64,000 bases of DNA, from NCBI GenBank assembly GCA_017398765.1, contig JAFQEY010000061.1:7973-71972 (forward strand). Direction: 5' to 3'. This DNA comes from Akkermansia sp. Its GTDB lineage: Bacteria; Verrucomicrobiota; Verrucomicrobiia; Verrucomicrobiales; Akkermansiaceae. The translations under genes and the position numbers were made by a program. Below, in pieces: positions 9,882 to 19,584 of this stretch. The first letter of the stretch is position 1. Each line of letters starts with the position of its first letter. The notes beneath the pieces are model-generated. The model saw nothing but the letters and a program-made list of their open reading frames with translations. It did no database searches and had not been told where the DNA came from.

Positions 9882-9901
9882 CCCCCCTTTCAACCCGCTC
9901 C

Positions 9902-11266
9902 ATGCAAGCTGATCTTTTTACACCCCACGGCAGCTTCCGAGACCCCCAGCCGGAATCGCAGAAGGTGAATATGCCTCTGGCGGCGCGTATGCGTCCCGAA
10001 ACGCTGGAAGAGGTGGCAGGGCAGGGGCATTTGCTGGCACCGGGCAAACTCCTGCGCCGCGCTATTGAAACTGACCGCTTCTCCTCCCTCATCTTCTACG
10101 GCCCCCCCGGCGTGGGCAAAACCACGTTGGCTTATGTCATTGCCCGCTCTACGAGTGCTTTTTTTGTGATGCTCAACGGCGTTGAATCCAACGTGAGCGA
10201 GATACGCGATAAAATTGCTGAAGCACGCACACGCATGGCTCTGCACGGGCAGAAAACCATCCTCTTTGTAGATGAGTTGCACCGTTTCAACAAAGCCCAG
10301 CAGGATGTCCTGTTACCGCATTTGGAACGCGGCACCGTCCGTTTTATCGGGGCTACCACGGAAAACCCCTACTTCGCCATCAATTCCGCCATGCTCTCCC
10401 GCTCCCAGATTTTTCCCCTGGAGCCGGTGCCGGATGCCGAAATCACGGCTTTGTTGCGGCGTGCTGCTGCGGATGCGACCCGCGGTTTGGGGCACATGCC
10501 GCTGGTACTCCGTGAGGATGCTCTGCTGCACATGGCGACCAAGGCAGATGGCGATGCCCGCAAGGCCCTCACGGCTCTGGAGGTTGCGGCACTTTCCACC
10601 CCGCCGGGGGAGGATGGACGTATCGTCATCGACCTTGCCACGGCGGAGGAATCCATCCAGAAAAAAGCCGTCAGATATGACCGCACCGGGGATGGTCATT
10701 ATGATATTATCTCTGCATTCATCAAATCCATGCGTGGCAGCGACCCGGATGCCGCCCTCTATTGGCTTGCTTTTATGCTGAACGCCGGGGAGGATATTCG
10801 CTTCATTGCCCGCCGGCTGGTTATTTGTGCCAGTGAGGATGTCGGCCTGGCGGACTCTAACGCTCTGCGCGTGGCCCTGGCGGCCGCACGTGCCGCTGAG
10901 ATGGTGGGTATGCCCGAAGCCCGCATTCCGCTGGCTCATGCCACCGTCTACATTGCCACCGCCCCTAAGAGCAATTCTGCCTACAAGGCTCTGGATGCCG
11001 CTATGCAGGATGTGCGGGAGGGCAAGACACTGGCCGTGCCGGATCATCTTGCCACCCCCACGCGCAAAAAACTGGCACGCCTGCGGGGTGTTTCAGAGGA
11101 AGCCACGCAGTATAAATATGCTCACGACTACGGAGAGGAGCACTATGTGCCGCAGGCTTATCTCCCGGAGGGGAGGGTGTATTACCACCCCACCGGCAAC
11201 GGCATGGAGCTGCGTATCTCTGAGCGCATGGAGCACCTGCGCCGGCTCCGTTCAGAGCAGAGCTGA
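9902..11266 (+). CDS. rarA: Replication-associated recombination protein A (MgsA/RarA AAA+ ATPase)
   Basis: [66 protein letters not shown]. Confidence 0.97.
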   Translation: MQADLFTPHGSFRDPQPESQKVNMPLAARMRPETLEEVAGQGHLLAPGKLLRRAIETDRFSSLIFYGPPGVGKTTLAYVIARSTSAFFVMLNGVESNVSEIRDKIAEARTRMALHGQKTILFVDELHRFNKAQQDVLLPHLERGTVRFIGATTENPYFAINSAMLSRSQIFPLEPVPDAEITALLRRAAADATRGLGHMPLVLREDALLHMATKADGDARKALTALEVAALSTPPGEDGRIVIDLATAEESIQKKAVRYDRTGDGHYDIISAFIKSMRGSDPDAALYWLAFMLNAGEDIRFIARRLVICASEDVGLADSNALRVALAAARAAEMVGMPEARIPLAHATVYIATAPKSNSAYKALDAAMQDVREGKTLAVPDHLATPTRKKLARLRGVSEEATQYKYAHDYGEEHYVPQAYLPEGRVYYHPTGNGMELRISERMEHLRRLRSEQS

Positions 11267-11304
11267 GTGAGAGCTTGGCCCGCCAAAGGATTACCCGGGG
11301 TATT

Positions 11305-11886
11305 TCAGGAGATAGAGCGGTGGTAGGCAATGGCTCCTACATACCCCGGTAACGGGCGGAAAAGCTGCACGGTGGGGGCACCGTCAAAAAGGGGGGTAAT
11401 GGTTCCGTCCTCATACAGAAACGGGTATGCCGGAGCATTCCAGATGGTGTCACCGGCTTGTTTTACCAGGGCCTCCGCTGCACACCAGCAGGGAAAAAAA
11501 TCCTCTGTGCGGCAACCGCTGTTCATAAATGATTCCAGTTGGGGCTTACACATGAAGCGTTGAGCGAGTGCGCGCATGGGACGTGGACGAATCATTTCCA
11601 CATCCACCCCGATATCGCTGTGGTGAAAAGCCATGCAGAGACAATCTCCGGAGTGCGAAATATTGAATCCCAAATGCTCAAATTGCGGTTTGCCGTGTTT
11701 TCCGTAGGTGAAGCGGATATCTCTCGCTGCAATCCCGCAGCGGCGGGACAACTCCGTTTTCAACAGGGTGCGGACAGTGCGGAAAACTCCGCCGCGCCTG
11801 GTCGCCATGGCTTCTTCCTGCTCATCCAGAATATCGGGAAGCGGACAGGTCGGTAGCTCTGAGAGGCGGTATATGAGATAATTCAT
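11305..11886 (-). CDS. Sfp-type 4'-phosphopantetheinyl transferase
   Basis: HGKP, FNISHSG, IGVDVE, W.AAEALVK. Confidence 0.88.
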   Translation of the reverse strand: MNYLIYRLSELPTCPLPDILDEQEEAMATRRGGVFRTVRTLLKTELSRRCGIAARDIRFTYGKHGKPQFEHLGFNISHSGDCLCMAFHHSDIGVDVEMIRPRPMRALAQRFMCKPQLESFMNSGCRTEDFFPCWCAAEALVKQAGDTIWNAPAYPFLYEDGTITPLFDGAPTVQLFRPLPGYVGAIAYHRSIS

Positions 11887-11891
11887 GTGCT

Positions 11892-12383
11892 CTATATGGA
11901 ATAGTGGAGAAATTCCCTCGTTTCGGTATCATATACTCCGATACCGGGTATAGAGCTGCGCCCGAGCACTTCACCGGGGTTTGCCAGCAGGGTGGTACCA
12001 AGTTGTCGGCACTCCGCGCAGTGAGTGTGACCGTAGAATACAGCATCAAACTGTTTTGTTTCCAGCGCACGGAGGGCAAGCTGCGGTAAGTGACAGAAAA
12101 ACAGCAGCTGACCATCGCATTTCACCACGCCGTACTCCCCGTGAAGCGTTGCATGCCGGGAGGCGGCCGCCATGGCAGAGAAAGCCTCCTCTTCGTATTC
12201 ATTGTTGCCGAATACCAGGTCAAGCGGTTTTTCCCATTCTTCCAGAAGCAGGGAAAAAGTGGAGGCATGAACCATGTCTCCCAGAAAAAGCATGCGCTCG
12301 CAGCCGGTTATTTCCGCCGTGGCAAGTGCGGATAACAGGTGGTTGGTGTGGTCATGAATATCTGAGAGGATAGCAATTTTCAT
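11892..12383 (-). CDS. YfcE-family calcineurin-like metallophosphoesterase
   Basis: SDIHD, LGD, GNNE, CH, GHTH, NPGE. Confidence 0.9.
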   Translation of the reverse strand: MKIAILSDIHDHTNHLLSALATAEITGCERMLFLGDMVHASTFSLLLEEWEKPLDLVFGNNEYEEEAFSAMAAASRHATLHGEYGVVKCDGQLLFFCHLPQLALRALETKQFDAVFYGHTHCAECRQLGTTLLANPGEVLGRSSIPGIGVYDTETREFLHYSI

Positions 12384-15175
12384 GGTTGGTGGGAGCTGTT
12401 GTTGGTATCACTCACGGGTTGCAGGACAAAATGCCAGACCAGCTTGTTATCTCTGCAGCTCAATTTTCTGAGCACCAGCCGTAGTTCCGTGCCGCCGGTG
12501 AGTTGGTGGCGTATTTCCTGATAGGTAGCGCGGAGCTGCCCACTGATGAAGCGCAGGATGGCGGAGGTCAGGCGCTCTCTGTTGTGTTGATTCCGCAGCC
12601 GTATCAGGACACTGCGCCGCTCGGAATTTCCGGCAGCACTGCGTGAGCTGGCTGCTTCATGAGATAACAATATGTCTTGTGCGTCAGGTGCAACACGCTG
12701 CATTAAATCACAGAAAGTTTTGTTGTTGAACAAAGTGCAGTATCGTGAGCAGGCACTGCTCCACTCCTCTTCCGTTATTCCGTCCTTATCCATGAGCTGC
12801 AGCGTGGTGTAAACCATGGCCAGGCTGAACATGGGGTCGGCATTGCTGACCTCTCCGGCGCAACCGCTGTTGGTAATGCGGTTAAATGTTGCCTCCAATC
12901 TTACACCGATATCTGACTGTGGGCTCAGTTTGCAGGTGAATGTGGTGAAGTTTTTGTTGATTCCGGATATTTCCGCCCCATCCCATTTGATGGTCACAGG
13001 GGTGGCTTCCGGGATTTCCGGCGGTTGGATGATATTTCCTTCAGATAAGTTGGGAAGGCTCAGGGTGAATTTCTGATTCGGTGATTTATGCCCGGCAGAT
13101 GTCCAGGGGAAACGGTTGTTTGAGATGAGCCGCAAGCTGACCGACATGTGGTTGGCAGAGGGGGGGATGACCCGAAGCATGTGCGGAGTGATGTTGAAAT
13201 CCACCTCATCTGCCGGGGGGAGTTCCGGGGCGTGTATGCCGGAAAGAGGAATGGCCGGTTTGGGCATGAGCAGCAGCTGTGCCGTACCCAGGGGAATGGT
13301 GGCTGCAACGGCATTGCCTCCACTGCTGATACTTACAAGCCGACGGTGGCGCACGCAGATATCAAGGTCAGGGTGCGTCCGAACGGCCGCGTTTGTCGGG
13401 TTGGCAAACCGCAGGTGGTAGTAGTCATCTACTGCGCTGCGCACTATGGTGCAAGTGTTGGTTTTCGGGTTGAGAGGAATTTTTTCAGGGCTGTCATGGG
13501 CAGAATCCCACGGCACGTGTATGATGGTGACCTCTCCCTGTGCAAGTGAGAACGGGGCAGATTGCAGCAGCTTGATAAAGGCTTCCGGCAATTCTTCATT
13601 TGTTATCACAGGAATAAAGTGCTCCCCGCAGGATTCGGCTCCGGCTGCATTTTCGGATGAGGTGTTCTGATGCTTATTATCAGCAAGCTGCTTATTCATC
13701 ACCTTATCAAAATATGCCAGTAGACCGGGTTCATTCAAGCCACTGCGCAGCTCAGGCTCTTCGGTAATGAGTCTTTCCCACTCGCTGATTTCCTCTCGTG
13801 AAAAAGAGCGGAACCATTCGTCCACCGGGCGATTATGCGTAGCTTCCATCATATAGAGCAGACAAAGCTTGTTTTTGTCCAGCTTTCGGGCAGCAGCCAA
13901 CTTGCAGAGTCGGCGCAGGTTCGCGGCGTGTTTTTCAGCTTCGGAAGCCTGGCGGATCAGGTCAATTATCTGAAGAATATCCTGATTTTGAGCACTGTTT
14001 GCTGTGCGGGATGCTTTGGCCAGAGCATCAATCTTTTCCAGCTCTTGCGCAACCAGACCGGCGCGGTAGGGGTGAGAGAGCAGCGCGCGCAGGGAGCGGT
14101 ATGCCGCCTGACCACCGATACGGGCAGGAGTGCGGTTTATGTAAAAAAGAGTACCGGAAATCACCCCCCCGGCCAATATCAGGAAGGCGAGAGTCACTGC
14201 GACTATGCGTCTGCGGCTTTTCTTTTTCCGAATGTCTGATAAATCAAAGATTTCTTCATCCGGCTCTTCGAAATACTGGTATGGAGGAATGACCCGGGCG
14301 GCCTGCCTGGCAGATAATTGTGCACGGAAGTTCGCGGCTTCCTCTGCCGGTAGCGTAACGGTCAGCGGAAGTCCGGGGGTGGCGGCTTGCGTATCGTCGG
14401 ATATTTCTCCAATTTCCAAATCAGGGCCGATGGGAAGAATGGGATGCCCTGTACGCATGGCCTTACGTATCAGTAAAGACTCTTCACTGCACGCCCAGCG
14501 CCGGGACACGCGGAAGTTATCAGCCTCATCCGCATGGGTAATAAACGTTTTTCCCCATCCGCAGCCGGGAGTCAGCCAATCGCTTTCATGCCAGAGGCGG
14601 AGAATATCCGCCGTGGATGTATCAGCCGGGACAGTCATCAGACAATCCCGCTCAAAGGGAGGCGTACTGAACGCCCGGGCGTTGCTCTTATGCCCGGTGA
14701 GTCGTTTCCATGTGTTCTGTTTATCAGCTTCCGGGATATCCTGGGGGCTCAGGTGTGGTTCCCCTTTGATATATTGGGGGGGGGCTGACCACTGATTCTG
14801 CCAGAATTTTCTTTTATGTAGAGCCAGAATGACCCCTGCCGGGGTTGGGCGGTATTTGTTGCGCAAGAGTGCTGATACTTCCTCCGGCAACAGCACCAGA
14901 TGGTGGGAGATATAGCATAACCTGCCGCTGTAGTCTGCCCCGGTCGCCTGGGTTACCGTTAATACATGATACTCCGAATTGCCGTGTGTCAGTGTGGAGT
15001 AGGCACACTGTACCGTGTCTGCCCGACTGGCGGGAACGCTTCGGTAACGGCTGATTTCTGTCAGCTTCCTCTGCATCTCTCGCGGCATCACCTCTGAGCG
15101 CGCAACAACTCCGTAGCCCGACTGCCCTGAGTCGAGGAGACGTTCAGCACTGGTGTAGATGAGCTGGAGAGCCAT
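12380..15175 (-). CDS. GAP1-N2-like (GTPase-associated protein 1) single-pass membrane protein
   Basis: N-terminus QLIYTSAERLL.SGQSGYGVVA...GADYSGR...ISHHLVL resembles GAP1-N2. One TM helix (RRIVAVTLAFLILAGGVISGTLFYI, about aa 322-346) is followed by about 580 aa of unknown fold. Confidence 0.7.
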   Translation of the reverse strand: MALQLIYTSAERLLDSGQSGYGVVARSEVMPREMQRKLTEISRYRSVPASRADTVQCAYSTLTHGNSEYHVLTVTQATGADYSGRLCYISHHLVLLPEEVSALLRNKYRPTPAGVILALHKRKFWQNQWSAPPQYIKGEPHLSPQDIPEADKQNTWKRLTGHKSNARAFSTPPFERDCLMTVPADTSTADILRLWHESDWLTPGCGWGKTFITHADEADNFRVSRRWACSEESLLIRKAMRTGHPILPIGPDLEIGEISDDTQAATPGLPLTVTLPAEEAANFRAQLSARQAARVIPPYQYFEEPDEEIFDLSDIRKKKSRRRIVAVTLAFLILAGGVISGTLFYINRTPARIGGQAAYRSLRALLSHPYRAGLVAQELEKIDALAKASRTANSAQNQDILQIIDLIRQASEAEKHAANLRRLCKLAAARKLDKNKLCLLYMMEATHNRPVDEWFRSFSREEISEWERLITEEPELRSGLNEPGLLAYFDKVMNKQLADNKHQNTSSENAAGAESCGEHFIPVITNEELPEAFIKLLQSAPFSLAQGEVTIIHVPWDSAHDSPEKIPLNPKTNTCTIVRSAVDDYYHLRFANPTNAAVRTHPDLDICVRHRRLVSISSGGNAVAATIPLGTAQLLLMPKPAIPLSGIHAPELPPADEVDFNITPHMLRVIPPSANHMSVSLRLISNNRFPWTSAGHKSPNQKFTLSLPNLSEGNIIQPPEIPEATPVTIKWDGAEISGINKNFTTFTCKLSPQSDIGVRLEATFNRITNSGCAGEVSNADPMFSLAMVYTTLQLMDKDGITEEEWSSACSRYCTLFNNKTFCDLMQRVAPDAQDILLSHEAASSRSAAGNSERRSVLIRLRNQHNRERLTSAILRFISGQLRATYQEIRHQLTGGTELRLVLRKLSCRDNKLVWHFVLQPVSDTNNSSHQP

Positions 15176-15190
15176 GTGAAAAATGGTGAG

Positions 15191-16930
15191 TTATGACGCT
15201 GCGCCTCCCGGAATAAGTGAGGGGGCAACCTCATGCAGTGCCCACATGACAGGATCCGTTACGCGGAAAGGGTGCAATTCACCTGAGGCCGGACCTATCA
15301 GCATTGAGCCGCTGGATTCGTCCTTGAACTCAATCGGAGACGCACCGAGAGCCGATGCTGCGAAATAGCGTACATTGGAAGAAATGGCCTCTGCATTAGC
15401 GCAGATATGGGGTGCGATGTTGAACAGAAATTGCCGCAGTCGTGCAGAGTTGAGGTTTATGTGCTCCGTCATGAACATGCCGTTGCGCGTTGTGGGCAGC
15501 AGCGGTTCCGGGCCAAGCAGGTGCGCCCACGTGTCACATTTACCGATGATGACCGCCATGGGAACATTCAGCTTCTCCGCCGGGGGAAGATTCAGCTTGG
15601 TGCGCAGCCGCATTTCTGATTCTGCCAGCAGGATGGCTTGCCGCCCGGGGCGGTACAGATTGTAACGCAGCTGGGGGTCATCCCCGTCCCGGAGCAGGTT
15701 GCGGAATCCGGGGTTGGCGGTCGGGTCAAACAGAAAGAGAATGGCATCTGCCACAGCCATGTGGAGACTGCCGGGCGTATACTCCGAATCGCTTCCGGGT
15801 TGAAAATCTTCCCCCGCATTATCATAGAGGACGATGGAGTGTGTTTCATTCCCTTTGTTCAGGTTGTAGATGAAAGGGCGGGGCATATTGGCAAACACGC
15901 CGCGCCGCCAGACCTGTTGGTACAGATTACCGCGCACCTGAGTTTTGCCGAGATAAGCATCCTGCGGGGTGCGGGCATTGAACAGCCGCATGCGCAGCTC
16001 ATTGAGTGGTTCGTTCATCAGCGGATCCGCATCGCGAAACGGCATGCCGAACTCCTTGGGAAACTCCTTTTCCAACTCCGGTACCAGAGCTGTCAGAAAG
16101 TGCGTTTTCCCGGCAGCAGGAACCCCTACCAGAGAGATGATATGTTGGATAGTTGAGTAGAAAAAAGGCGGCAGTTTGAGCAGACAGTGCGGGCAGGCGT
16201 ATTCCGTGCAGGTGCTGCCACAGGCATCCAACGGGAATCCGCTCGCCTCATCCCAGGCAGACGGGCGGAAGCGCAGCATATCATCCTCCCCCAGTATGGG
16301 GTCTCCCAACAAATCCGGGTGCGCTGCGATGGAGAGTGTCTCCTCCGGTTTGAAGGTCAGCCAGCAAGAGGGACAGCGAAGCTCCTGAGCTGCCGGTTGC
16401 GTTACTTGTTCCGGCGGCGGATTCTGCTCAATGTATTCTGCTGCATACGCCGCTACATCCAGTATATCCCGCAGATAGAAGGCATCTCGACCAAGACCGC
16501 TGAATGTTACCAGGGTATCCCCGGGGAACTCCTGAGTCACGTGGGGCAGATTGGTCAGTTCATAGGCTCCGTACCATTGTTCGCCCCCCGGCGGGAGTAT
16601 GTACCACTCCGCCGGGTTATAGCCGGAAAAATTCGGTTGCTGCCCGTACCAGCAGATGAAACAACCGCCGTCCAGTATCACCAGATAAGGGGTGTTGGGC
16701 AGAATAACCACATCTGCTTTGGTTTGTTCTCCGTTGACGATATAGCTTTCTACCTTGCCATGCGGAAAGAAGCGACAAGTCTCGTTCCTTTGGGCGAAAG
16801 AACCACCGTTTTCCGCACGCATGTGCACGCGGAAAGTATTTTTCTCTCCTGAACCGATGGTCATGAAATTGCCGTCTGAATTCAGCATGACGGCACCGTG
16901 GCAGTCATAGATATAGAGCTGCTTGTTCAT
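15191..16930 (-). CDS. TRAFAC-class GTPase with N-terminal FHA-like and GYF-like modules and a Zn-ribbon
   Basis: G1 GVPAAGKT, G2 GKT, G3 YDNAGE, ILFLFDP, G4 GKCD, G5 SALG; CPSC...ACPHC; WYILPPGGEQWYGAY (GYF-like). Confidence 0.8.
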   Translation of the reverse strand: MNKQLYIYDCHGAVMLNSDGNFMTIGSGEKNTFRVHMRAENGGSFAQRNETCRFFPHGKVESYIVNGEQTKADVVILPNTPYLVILDGGCFICWYGQQPNFSGYNPAEWYILPPGGEQWYGAYELTNLPHVTQEFPGDTLVTFSGLGRDAFYLRDILDVAAYAAEYIEQNPPPEQVTQPAAQELRCPSCWLTFKPEETLSIAAHPDLLGDPILGEDDMLRFRPSAWDEASGFPLDACGSTCTEYACPHCLLKLPPFFYSTIQHIISLVGVPAAGKTHFLTALVPELEKEFPKEFGMPFRDADPLMNEPLNELRMRLFNARTPQDAYLGKTQVRGNLYQQVWRRGVFANMPRPFIYNLNKGNETHSIVLYDNAGEDFQPGSDSEYTPGSLHMAVADAILFLFDPTANPGFRNLLRDGDDPQLRYNLYRPGRQAILLAESEMRLRTKLNLPPAEKLNVPMAVIIGKCDTWAHLLGPEPLLPTTRNGMFMTEHINLNSARLRQFLFNIAPHICANAEAISSNVRYFAASALGASPIEFKDESSGSMLIGPASGELHPFRVTDPVMWALHEVAPSLIPGGAAS

Positions 16931-16951
16931 ATCACACCTCTGTTTCAGCGG

Positions 16952-16980
16952 AGAATAGCAAATTTGCCCCCAATGGTCAA
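16952..16980 (-). promoter_or_regulatory. sigma70-type promoter of the GTPase operon
   Basis: TTGACC-17 nt-TATTCT, then GAGGTG (SD-like) before ATG 16930. Confidence 0.55.
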
Positions 16981-17017
16981 GAAAAGTCGTATACTGTCAT
17001 GATGCTTTTTCTTACGC

Positions 17018-17046
17018 TTGAATCACCGGAGAGGATGTGGTAGAAT
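17018..17046 (+). promoter_or_regulatory. Promoter of panC (leaderless spacing)
   Basis: TTGAAT-17 nt-TAGAAT, 7 nt before ATG 17054. Confidence 0.65.
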
Positions 17047-17053
17047 CCCGCCC

Positions 17054-17899
17054 ATGCAGACGGCTTATTCCAAAGAAGAATTGCGTAAGGTGCTTGCGCC
17101 GCTGCGCGGTGGACGGGTGGTTCTTGTTCCCACCATGGGGGCTCTGCACGCGGGGCATGCCTCCCTGCTGCGTCAGGCTCGTGTGTTGGCAGGAGACTCC
17201 GGCTGTGTGGTTGCCAGCGTGTTTCTGAACCCGGTGCAGTTTGACAATGCCGGTGATTTGTCCGCCTATCCGCAGACACCTGAGGCTGATTTGGAACTCT
17301 GCCGATGCTGCGGGGTGGATGTGGTATTCATGCCCACACCGGAGATGATGTACTGCGCAGACCACTCTGTCTCGGTAGAGGAAACGCACCTTTCCGGGGT
17401 TCTCTGCGGAGCGAAACGCCCCGGGCATTTTGCCGGCGTTTGTCTGGTGGTGAGTAAACTGTTTAACCTGGTTCAGCCCACAGATGCCGTATTCGGAAAG
17501 AAAGACTACCAGCAGCTGGCGATTCTGCGCCGTATGGTGCGTGATTTGGATTTCCCCATTACTCTGCATGGTGCGGAAATTGTGCGGGAGCAGGATGGGC
17601 TCGCCCTCTCCAGCCGCAATGTTCGTCTTACTCCTGAGCACCGCGCTGCTGCTCCCGGTATACGGAAAGCACTTCTGGCGGCAGCGGATTCTTACCGCTG
17701 CGGCGTCTCTGCTGAGGATATCTGTGCTGGTGTCTGCGCTGTGCTGGAACGCATTCCCGGTGTGCGGGTGGATTACGCAGAAATTTGTGATGCGGAGACG
17801 CTGCATGAGCTAACGGATTGCAAACGCCCGGCACTTTTGGCTGTAGCTGCTTATTTTGGCGAGATTCGCCTCATTGACAACATCGAACTGTCCCGCTGA
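17054..17899 (+). CDS. panC: Pantoate--beta-alanine ligase
   Basis: VPTMGALHAGH, SVFLNPVQF, RPGHFAGV, FGKKDYQQ, REQDGLALSSRN, RLIDN. Confidence 0.97.
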   Translation: MQTAYSKEELRKVLAPLRGGRVVLVPTMGALHAGHASLLRQARVLAGDSGCVVASVFLNPVQFDNAGDLSAYPQTPEADLELCRCCGVDVVFMPTPEMMYCADHSVSVEETHLSGVLCGAKRPGHFAGVCLVVSKLFNLVQPTDAVFGKKDYQQLAILRRMVRDLDFPITLHGAEIVREQDGLALSSRNVRLTPEHRAAAPGIRKALLAAADSYRCGVSAEDICAGVCAVLERIPGVRVDYAEICDAETLHELTDCKRPALLAVAAYFGEIRLIDNIELSR

Positions 17900-17901
17900 G
17901 C

Positions 17902-18561
17902 ATGATTATTGCAGATAATTTACACCGTTCCTACAGCATTGGCAAGAAGCAGGTGGAGGTGCTTCACGGTCTCAGTCTCCATATCAAACAGGGGGAGAAG
18001 GTTTTTCTCTGCGGCCCCAGCGGAGCGGGTAAGACTACGCTCATGTATACCCTGGCCGGTCTGGAAGCTCCGCAACAGGGCAAGGTGCTGGTGAACGGAC
18101 AGGATATCTACGCTCTTTCCCTGCGCCGGCGTGCGCTCTTCCGGAACGAAACCATGGGATTCATCTTTCAGAATTATATGCTGATGCCTGAGCTGACAGC
18201 CTTGGAGAATGCTTCATTGGCTACAGCCATTGCCGGCACGGAGGCAACGGAAAGAATCAAGTTTCTGCTGGAGAAAGTAGGGCTTGCCGACCGCATGGAT
18301 CATCTGCCCAATGAGCTTTCCGGCGGCGAGCAGCAGCGTGTTGCCATTGCCCGGGCTCTGGCTCATGACCCCGCCATCATCTTTGCAGATGAACCTACCG
18401 GGAATCTTGATTCCCGCAACGGCAACCAGATACTTGAGCTCCTTTTCTCTCTGGCAGATGAGGGGGGCAAAACTCTGGTTACTGTTACCCATGACTCCCG
18501 CATCGCCGCGCGCGGTGACCGCACTCTGATTATTCGAGACGGTATTGTTGCAGATGAATGA
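17902..18561 (+). CDS. ABC transporter ATP-binding protein, LolD/MacB-like
   Basis: GPSGAGKT, LSGGEQQRVAIARAL, FADEPTGNLD, VTHD. Confidence 0.92.
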   Translation: MIIADNLHRSYSIGKKQVEVLHGLSLHIKQGEKVFLCGPSGAGKTTLMYTLAGLEAPQQGKVLVNGQDIYALSLRRRALFRNETMGFIFQNYMLMPELTALENASLATAIAGTEATERIKFLLEKVGLADRMDHLPNELSGGEQQRVAIARALAHDPAIIFADEPTGNLDSRNGNQILELLFSLADEGGKTLVTVTHDSRIAARGDRTLIIRDGIVADE

Positions 18562-18592
18562 CACCCCCCGGAGAGGCTGAAGTACCCACTGC

Positions 18593-19477
18593 ATGAGACA
18601 CTATTATCTCAAGGGGCATCTCTGCGCGCTTGGCGCGGCTGTGCTCTTCGGTCTCATGAGCCCCATGTGCAAGTTCGCTATGCAGAACAAGGGGGTGGAT
18701 GCACTGCAACTGGCCTTTTTCAGAGTCTGTGGGGCTGCTATTCTATTCTGGCTTATTTCTTTGCTGATTCCACGGGAGAAAATAGCCGGCCGGGATTGGT
18801 TGCCGCTATTGGGTATGTCACTGTGCGGCATGCTTATCAACCAGTTTCTTTACGTTCTGGGCATTCAGTACACATCTCCCGGCAATGCCTGCGTCATCGG
18901 CACCTCTACCCCGGTCATGACCTTTATCCTGAGCGTTCTCTTTTTGCGGCAGCGGGTAACCTGGGGGCGTACGTGCGGCTTTCTTTTGGCATTTGCCGGA
19001 GCAGCGGTGCTGATACAGGGATCCGGCGGTGATCTGAGCGGGCATCCTTTGGGTGACACGCTCTGTCTCATCTCACAATTGGCAGCAGCCTGTTATTTTG
19101 TGTTTTTTGGCAGGGTTTTGAGGCGTTACCACCCTATTACTGTCATGAAATGGCTTTTTCTTATGGCAACGCTGCTTTCTCTCATTCCCATGTGGCATTC
19201 GTTGAGCAGCTTGGAGCCGGAGCAGTTTCACCTTCATGAGCTTTTTGCCATCACCTACATTGTGGTAGGCGGTTCATTTTTCAGCTATCTTCTGCTGATT
19301 GTCGCACAGCGGCGGCTGGCTCCCCCCTCCGTAGCTGCTTACAATTATGTGCAGCCTGTCATTGCGGTTGCCACCGGTGTTTTTCTCAATCTGGATTTAC
19401 TGACCGGGCAAAAACTTCTTTCCTTTCTCCTCATTGCTGCCGGGGTTGTTCTTGTTTCCTCCCGGGATAAATCATAG
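18593..19477 (+). CDS. DMT/EamA-family transporter
   Basis: About 10 hydrophobic helices in two repeats, 294 aa, YNYVQPVIA motif. Confidence 0.88.
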   Translation: MRHYYLKGHLCALGAAVLFGLMSPMCKFAMQNKGVDALQLAFFRVCGAAILFWLISLLIPREKIAGRDWLPLLGMSLCGMLINQFLYVLGIQYTSPGNACVIGTSTPVMTFILSVLFLRQRVTWGRTCGFLLAFAGAAVLIQGSGGDLSGHPLGDTLCLISQLAAACYFVFFGRVLRRYHPITVMKWLFLMATLLSLIPMWHSLSSLEPEQFHLHELFAITYIVVGGSFFSYLLLIVAQRRLAPPSVAAYNYVQPVIAVATGVFLNLDLLTGQKLLSFLLIAAGVVLVSSRDKS

Positions 19478-19519
19478 GTCTCCCCCGGGGCTCACTGCGG
19501 TGTTTTTGTGAACTCATAC

Positions 19520-19558
19520 AAAAAAATACACCCTGCTCAGGCGGGCTGAGCAGGGTGT
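19520..19558 (-). terminator. Intrinsic terminator of the GH109 gene (possibly bidirectional)
   Basis: ACACCCTGCTCAG/CTGAGCAGGGTGT 13-bp stem with an A-tract on its left (U-tract on the minus strand). Confidence 0.85.
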
Positions 19559-19584
19559 GTGTTGAAATCCGAATAAAATCCGCC

